From assembly GCA_039621445.1 (NCBI GenBank), contig CP154954.1, forward strand, positions 7,752,634-7,816,633: DNA of 64,000 nucleotides, read 5' to 3'. Positions 59,801 through 64,000 of the stretch are shown piece by piece. The notes under the pieces are model-generated. The model had not been told where the DNA came from. It saw only the letters and a program-made list of their open reading frames with translations, and did not search any database. How positions within the stretch are numbered: position 1 is the stretch's first letter; every line of letters begins with the position of its first letter. Position numbers and translations under genes: made by a program. The DNA comes from Euglena gracilis. Taxonomy: Eukaryota.

Positions 59801-62689
59801 CCATGCATTGCATCACTGCACTCCACCTGTCCTACTGTCGGCCTGTGTACAAAACTGGTTACCTGAGCCTCCTTGGAGCCTCCCTGGAGCCTCCCTCCGG
59901 GGAGGCTCAGGGAGGCTGGTTACCTACGTACTTAAGTACTAAGTACTTTAGTACCTAAGCCTCCTTGGAGGCTCCCTGGAGCGGAGCCTCCCTGGAGGCT
60001 GGTTACCTGAGCCTCCCTGGGGCCTCCGGCAGGTAACCTCCTCGGCAGAATTCCATTTTTGCGGTAGACCCGGGAGCGTAGCACTCCAATTTCAGGTGAG
60101 AAGGGTGTGGATGGCTTGGGAAGCGGTGGGGCTGGCCTTTGTGCTGTTCCCCTCCAAATGGCCATACAACAAGTATTTAGTGGCATATTTCCAGAGCCTC
60201 GGAGGGGGGTCAGCGGGGGGGGGGGGGTCCAGCCAGCCTGCTGGTTCCCCCCCCCTGGACCCCCATCGACAAATTTAATTCCTGCCAGCGGAATGTCAAC
60301 ATAGTTTTCCGCTTTGCTGGGTTCTAAAATAGAAATGTCCCGAGGTTTGGTAAATATTTTTCGGCTGGAGGATATGCAAGTTGCATAAGTTGCATGATTC
60401 AAATTTTTGAATTTTTGCATTTTTTTGCATGATTTGCATTTTTTTTTTGCCGAATGAGGTGCTTTGTTCCGTACCCCCCCCCCCGGGCACTTGACCGGAG
60501 GGGTCAGTCACTGGTCTGGCTGGTTCCCCTCTTCTGTGCTTTTCAGCTGTTCAACTCCTGCCTCTGGAAGATGGGGTGTTCCCATGGGGGTGATATCTGT
60601 GGCATGGTCGTTGTTCATGCTCGTGGTGATGTGCTTGCCCCAAGCGACCCCCATAACAGGGGATTCACTCAACCAGGCATTTGTGCTGATTTATCATCTA
60701 CTCTTCCCACCACATAATGTCTTCACCTCCCTTCTCGGCTCGATGATGTCGATGATGTCAGTGTGATCCCTCCCCCCAGATGATCCCCCCCAATTAATTC
60801 CCCCCCCCCCCAAATGATACCTCCCCTTACAATTTCAACCGAAAAAATACCCCCCCCCCTAATTTCGGGTCTCAGATCTCGATTTTCGCCCCAACAAATG
60901 TGGTTGAAAATCAGTATTCACGGCATCAAATGACAAAAAAATGGGGTTTTGTGGACCATCAGGCCACAAAAAATGTCAGCTTTTTTTGCGAAAAAGTGCA
61001 AAAAAATATGTCCAAAAAAGGGTGTTTTTTGGGTATTTGTTTTGGCTTTAAATATTTTCGAAGAAATTTTCGAAATGTTTGAAGAAATAACCCCCCTCCC
61101 CAAATAAATGCCCCCCCCCCCCCCCTCAGGTGGGGACTTCGAGCGAAAAAACCCGGGATGCATACCAGTGGATAGTGGACCATTTGAACAAAGAAAGTGA
61201 AAAGGGATGGGATCAGAGGGCTTGGAATCAAATATGCCGACAAGGGAACAAACTTTTTTGTGTCTTTCACAGAAAGCCACACCAGGGGGTTGCTTAAAAA
61301 AAATTGACCCACCCCGCGAGGGGGTCCAGCCAGCCAGCAGCCTTTTTCCAGCCCCGGACCCCCTCCCATCAACGATATTTATTTATTTCCAGCTGCCTGA
61401 AGGGCGGCTGGACGGTAAATGGATTCGCTTTCGGGGGCCAAAAATGGACGAAAATGGGTCGGGAAAGGGTGGGCCAGGCAAATTTTGGGGTCAACAAATC
61501 TATTTTTTTTGCATCATTGGCAGTTTTTTTTGACATTTTTGCAAATTTCGATTTTTTTGCTACCTGGTTCGACCCCGGGTTGGGCCCAGCTCCAGTCCGG
61601 GGGTTTCCCCCTCCCCCTCCCTGGGTCAGTCAGCAGCCTTTTTCCAGCCAGCCCAAATTTTCCAGCCTCTGAGCTGGTCCCGGGGGGGGGGGGTCGTTAA
61701 GCAACGCCCTGAGCCACACCTTTGAAAGTTCAGGGGGGAAAAGATTCAATTTAACAACTGTACAAATCAATGGGGAGAAGTTGTGGTTTGCAATTTCTGT
61801 GTTTCATCACATTTGTCTTGTCACCCAGTGTTTGCAATACAAGCATTTTTGCACTCCCAAAATCAACTTTCTGTTTTTTGGTATGCCATAGAAATTCCAA
61901 GCATTCCCAAGAGTGTCCACCCTCTTGCCCTGAAATGGTGTCTCTTCGGGATTTTCACAAAAAAGATCAGCATCTGCTCATCCTTCATTTTGGAGGTTGA
62001 CGGGCATCGTCCAGCACTTTTTGGAATCATTATTAATTAATTAATATTAATATTAATATTAATTAAGAATTAATATTCCACCCAAAAAAAGGAAAAATTT
62101 ACATTTACAAGTTTAAATTTTATTAGATTTAATTACGGTAAAAATTAAAGTTAACAAATTGGATTGCGCCAGGACTGGCCTGTGAAGCCAGGAGCAGGAA
62201 ATGCTTGCCCCCCAACTACTCCCCAGTGATGCTTGGAGCGATCCTGCTCGGCTCATGGGTGGCGTGGCTGGTGTCCGCCCGGAAATGGTTCAAGGGCATC
62301 CCTGATGGGCTGCAGTCGAGCACTGATTTGTCCCCGGGTGTGCGTCCCTCCGTTCTCCGAATCCTGCTTTCCTCATAAATTTGTCAGCAGGAATCCCAAC
62401 ATCACGTTTTATTTTGCCATTTTGGGGGCATTTTTTTTTGCACCTGGAGCTTCCAGGCCAAATGTGGAGGCCATTTTGCTGATGGGTTGGGGTTGGACTT
62501 CAACGTAAACCCTGTCTGGAGTTCATCATATGCCTATGAGCTTTCAGGTTGTCTCAGAAAATGTTTTTTTCTGCATTTTTATTGTTTCGTTCTGCAGTTG
62601 ATGGTGACAACACCGAGGCTAACTGCATGCCAGAAAGAGATCCGGAAAGTGATGAGATTGTTGATAAAGTGACAAATAAGCAGGTCTGA
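44820..62689 (+). CDS. Spliced gene for an APC-superfamily amino-acid permease (ACT family, GABA/choline-permease-like). Exons ~44820-44985, 48029-48071, 49765-49815, 50060-50109, 50397-50556, 52619-52669, 53104-53231, [one exon not found], ~55232-55275, ~55762-55807, 56447-56599, 56893-57077, 57308-57354, 57418-57449, 60566-60670, 62214-62337, 62598-62689
   Basis: Concatenation gives EDERRLAQLGYKQEYTRIFNTWTNFG...YSLQTGGPAVMLWSWVVIGVMTLFVVSSLAEICAAYPTMGALYFWAYRLGGPEWGPFSAWTAGWCNLLGQIGG...TSAARMVYSFSRDGALPLSRFWYHVNRRTGSPVRAI...FNLGRWGVPMG...CLPQATPITGDSLNYSPVMLG...VSARKWFKG. These are typical ACT-family motifs. Phases fit at every junction except a frameshift near 53204 and a missing segment after 53231. 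Confidence 0.9.
44986..48028 (+). other. Conventional GT-AG intron (permease)
   Basis: G|GTGTGT...ctctttcccaacAG|GA restores TGGPAV. Confidence 0.9.
47459..47886. mobile_element. hAT-type MITE (CAGGGTTTGATATAAG TIR)
   Basis: Perfect 8-bp TSD CCCCCAAG. Confidence 0.93.
48072..49764 (+). other. Nonconventional/intermediate intron (non-GT start, AG end)
   Basis: 5' ggcCAAatcattgcttg pairs with 3' caagcaatggcATGgccag. Removal restores GVM|TLF. Confidence 0.8.
49816..50059 (+). other. Nonconventional intron
   Basis: aacCAGggtttcatgg ... ccatgcagccCTGcccgc. Removal restores YPT|MGAL. Flanking 8-mers cccacaac/cccgcaat match 6/8. Confidence 0.9.
50110..50396 (+). other. Nonconventional/intermediate intron (possible GT start, non-AG end)
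   Basis: gtcCAGgatgtttt ... aaaacaatcCTGttgt. Removal restores EWG|PFS. Boundary ambiguous by 1 nt. Confidence 0.8.
50885..51157. mobile_element. TA-flanked MITE with internal tandem repeats
   Basis: TA-C(n)-TAGTCGTATGACC ... GGTCATACGACTA-G(n)-TA. Confidence 0.75.
51722..51784. mobile_element. 63-bp minimal hAT-type MITE
   Basis: CAGGGATTTTT...AAAAACCCCCTG. TSD ggtgccgg/ggtgccgc. Confidence 0.7.
52670..53103 (+). other. Nonconventional intron
   Basis: gggCAGgcagcttttt ... aaaattgcCTGtgtgc. Removal restores MLT|GLCYIS. Confidence 0.88.
55276..55761 (+). other. Nonconventional intron
   Basis: ggcCAGgcttc ... gaagcCTGggggcc (N6). Removal restores CLVL|GVIFILG. Confidence 0.8.
55808..56446 (+). 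other. Nonconventional intron that is a degenerate copy of the CAGGGCGTTGC MITE family
   Basis: gagCAGggcgttcg ... gcgacgccCTGgtgca. Removal restores IQDM|DDLTN. Its 3' ~70 nt match the right ends of the MITEs at 40875-41124 and 61283-61711. Confidence 0.88.
56600..56892 (+). other. Conventional GT-AG intron (permease)
   Basis: ATG|GTGTGC...cccgctgcAG|GTC restores SAARM|VYSFSRDG. Confidence 0.9.
57078..57307 (+). other. Nonconventional intron with swapped core pair (CTG...CAG) and GT start
   Basis: gtgCTGggg ... gagccCAGtcctc. Removal restores TATGL|LASY. Confidence 0.8.
57355..57417 (+). other. 63-nt in-frame nonconventional intron
   Basis: gccCAGaggtttcttt ... aaagaaacccCTGgagcg. Removal restores ITVSR|HTF. 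Flanking 8-mers gagccgcc/gagcgggc match 6/8. Confidence 0.85.
57450..60565 (+). other. Nonconventional intron (3.1 kb)
   Basis: agcCAGgggttg ... caactcCTGcctct. Removal restores EFNL|GRWG. Confidence 0.88.
60671..62213 (+). other. Nonconventional intron
   Basis: aacCAGgcattt ... aaatgcTTGcccccc. Removal restores DSL|NYSPV. AAC is repeated at both ends, so the junction can slide. Confidence 0.85.
61283..61711. mobile_element. hAT-type MITE (CAGGG(C/G)GTTGCTTAA TIR)
   Basis: Perfect 8-bp TSD AGCCACAC. Confidence 0.93.
62338..62597 (+). other. Conventional GT-AG intron before the last permease exon
   Basis: G|GTGTGC...tttcgttctgcAG|TT gives an in-frame acidic tail (VDGDNTE...NKQV*). Confidence 0.7.
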
Positions 62690-63169
62690 TGCTTTTTTGA
62701 AAGCGCAATTGCAAATGCGTCACTCTGCGTGTCGTTAGTCCCTGCTGTATGTGCATGTGTGCGCGTGCGTGCCTGCGTGCCTGCGTGCATGCATGTGTGT
62801 GTCTCCCAACAGGAGTTTATGTTAGTCACCTCCTCCCCAAGTTTCAGCTAGAGAGCTGAGGATGCACATTTTTGCTGGTTTGGCCTCCAGGGGACCTAAT
62901 TTGTTTGCTGATTTTTTGTATGCCTGCGCTGTCCCCCCCCCCCCAAAGGCACACCAATGCCCTCTCCCCCAAGGGATGGACAGACCCTTTCACATTGGGA
63001 TTTCCCCGCAGGTAGAATTATAAAATAAAAAGGATTACGGTTTGGGTTTGTTGCATGCAAATGCATTTTCTTCAAGGCCCTTTTCCCTCAAGCGCATTTC
63101 ACCCATGTTTCCCACATTTTTTTTGTGGGAACCCCCCCCCCCAATCAAACACACATGAAAAGTCAGGAA

Positions 63170-63626
63170 CAGGCTTTTGCTTAAGGGATTGCAGTACCCC
63201 CCCCCCCCCCCGGGGGGGGGGGGGCTGGACTGCAGCTAGTCCAAATTTGGCTAGTGGGTTTTCTAGCAGACCCCCCCCCCGGGGGGGGGTCTGCTAGCAG
63301 GGCTAGCTAGTGGGAAAAATTTTTCCAGTGACCGGCGCGAAGCGCCGAAAATTTTTTTTGGGACCCCCAAAAATGCCAAAAAATGCCCGTTTTTGGCCAT
63401 TTTTGGGAATTTTTTGAACAAAATCAGCCAAAAACCTGTAAAAAACCTCATTTTTCCTCTGGCGCGCAGCGCCGGAGGAAAATTTTTTTTCCAGTCCGGG
63501 GGACCCCCGGACCACCCCCCCCCCCCCCCGAGGGGATGGGGGGGGGTCTAGCTAGTCCACTTTTTCCAGTGTCTAGCCGATTGGCTAGCCAGTACCCCCC
63601 CCCGGGGGTCCTTAAGCAAAAGCCTG
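63170..63626. mobile_element. hAT-type MITE (CAGGCTTTTGCTTAAGG TIR)
   Basis: Perfect 17-bp TIR and perfect 8-bp TSD GTCAGGAA. Confidence 0.93.
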
Positions 63627-64000
63627 GTCAGGAACCATTGCTTTCAAAGAAGGAAAAGAAGTAAGGAAAAATCTTTCTGTGTGAGTTTGGCCGCCTGAGT
63701 TCATATCTCAAGCAAGTGGTTTTTTTTGTGTTTCCATCCTCGGGTTGTCTCCCCCAAAAAAAGAATAATATTTGCCAGTTTTTTCCCCCGGAAGTGCGCA
63801 CCTCCGGGTGAGGCACTTTTGGGGGGGGGTCGGGTTTTGGGGTGGGCAGTGCCCTAGCACACTCCCCGGCGCCAAAGGTGCCGGAGCCCGAAAGAGGCCA
63901 TTTTCAAAGGAAATTTGGGCTGGGTCGGCAGGCACCGGGGTCCAAAACCGACCCCCCCCAAGGGGGGTGCTGCGAGCAGCCCAGCTGGGCTGCCCCCTTT

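Overview
This is repeat-dense eukaryotic nuclear DNA, most likely from a euglenid (Euglena-like). The basis is non-GT-AG introns with base-paired ends (N3-CAG...CTG-N5/6) and TTAGGG-type repeats. Almost none of the six-frame ORFs are genes. Two split genes can be rebuilt by hand on the + strand. One is a 4x RanBP2-type zinc-finger protein (27328-28911, 5 exons). The other is an APC-superfamily amino-acid/GABA permease (~44820-62689, at least 16 exons) with 3 conventional GT-AG introns and at least 11 nonconventional introns. The rest is nested MITEs, RLE-type non-LTR retrotransposon fragments, satellites and an interstitial telomere-like array. Main observation: free MITEs here have CAG...CTG terminal inverted repeats (TIRs) and perfect 8-bp target-site duplications (TSDs), which is hAT-type, and one related element keeps a hAT dimerisation-domain remnant. 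The nonconventional introns have the same paired CAG...CTG ends set 3 nt and 5 nt inside the junctions (3+5 = 8, one TSD). Several introns keep residual TSDs and one is recognisably a copy of a free MITE family. This points to a hAT-MITE 'introner' system whose insertions can be spliced out without a scar. Splice junctions are inferred from frame restoration and end pairing, not from transcript data.
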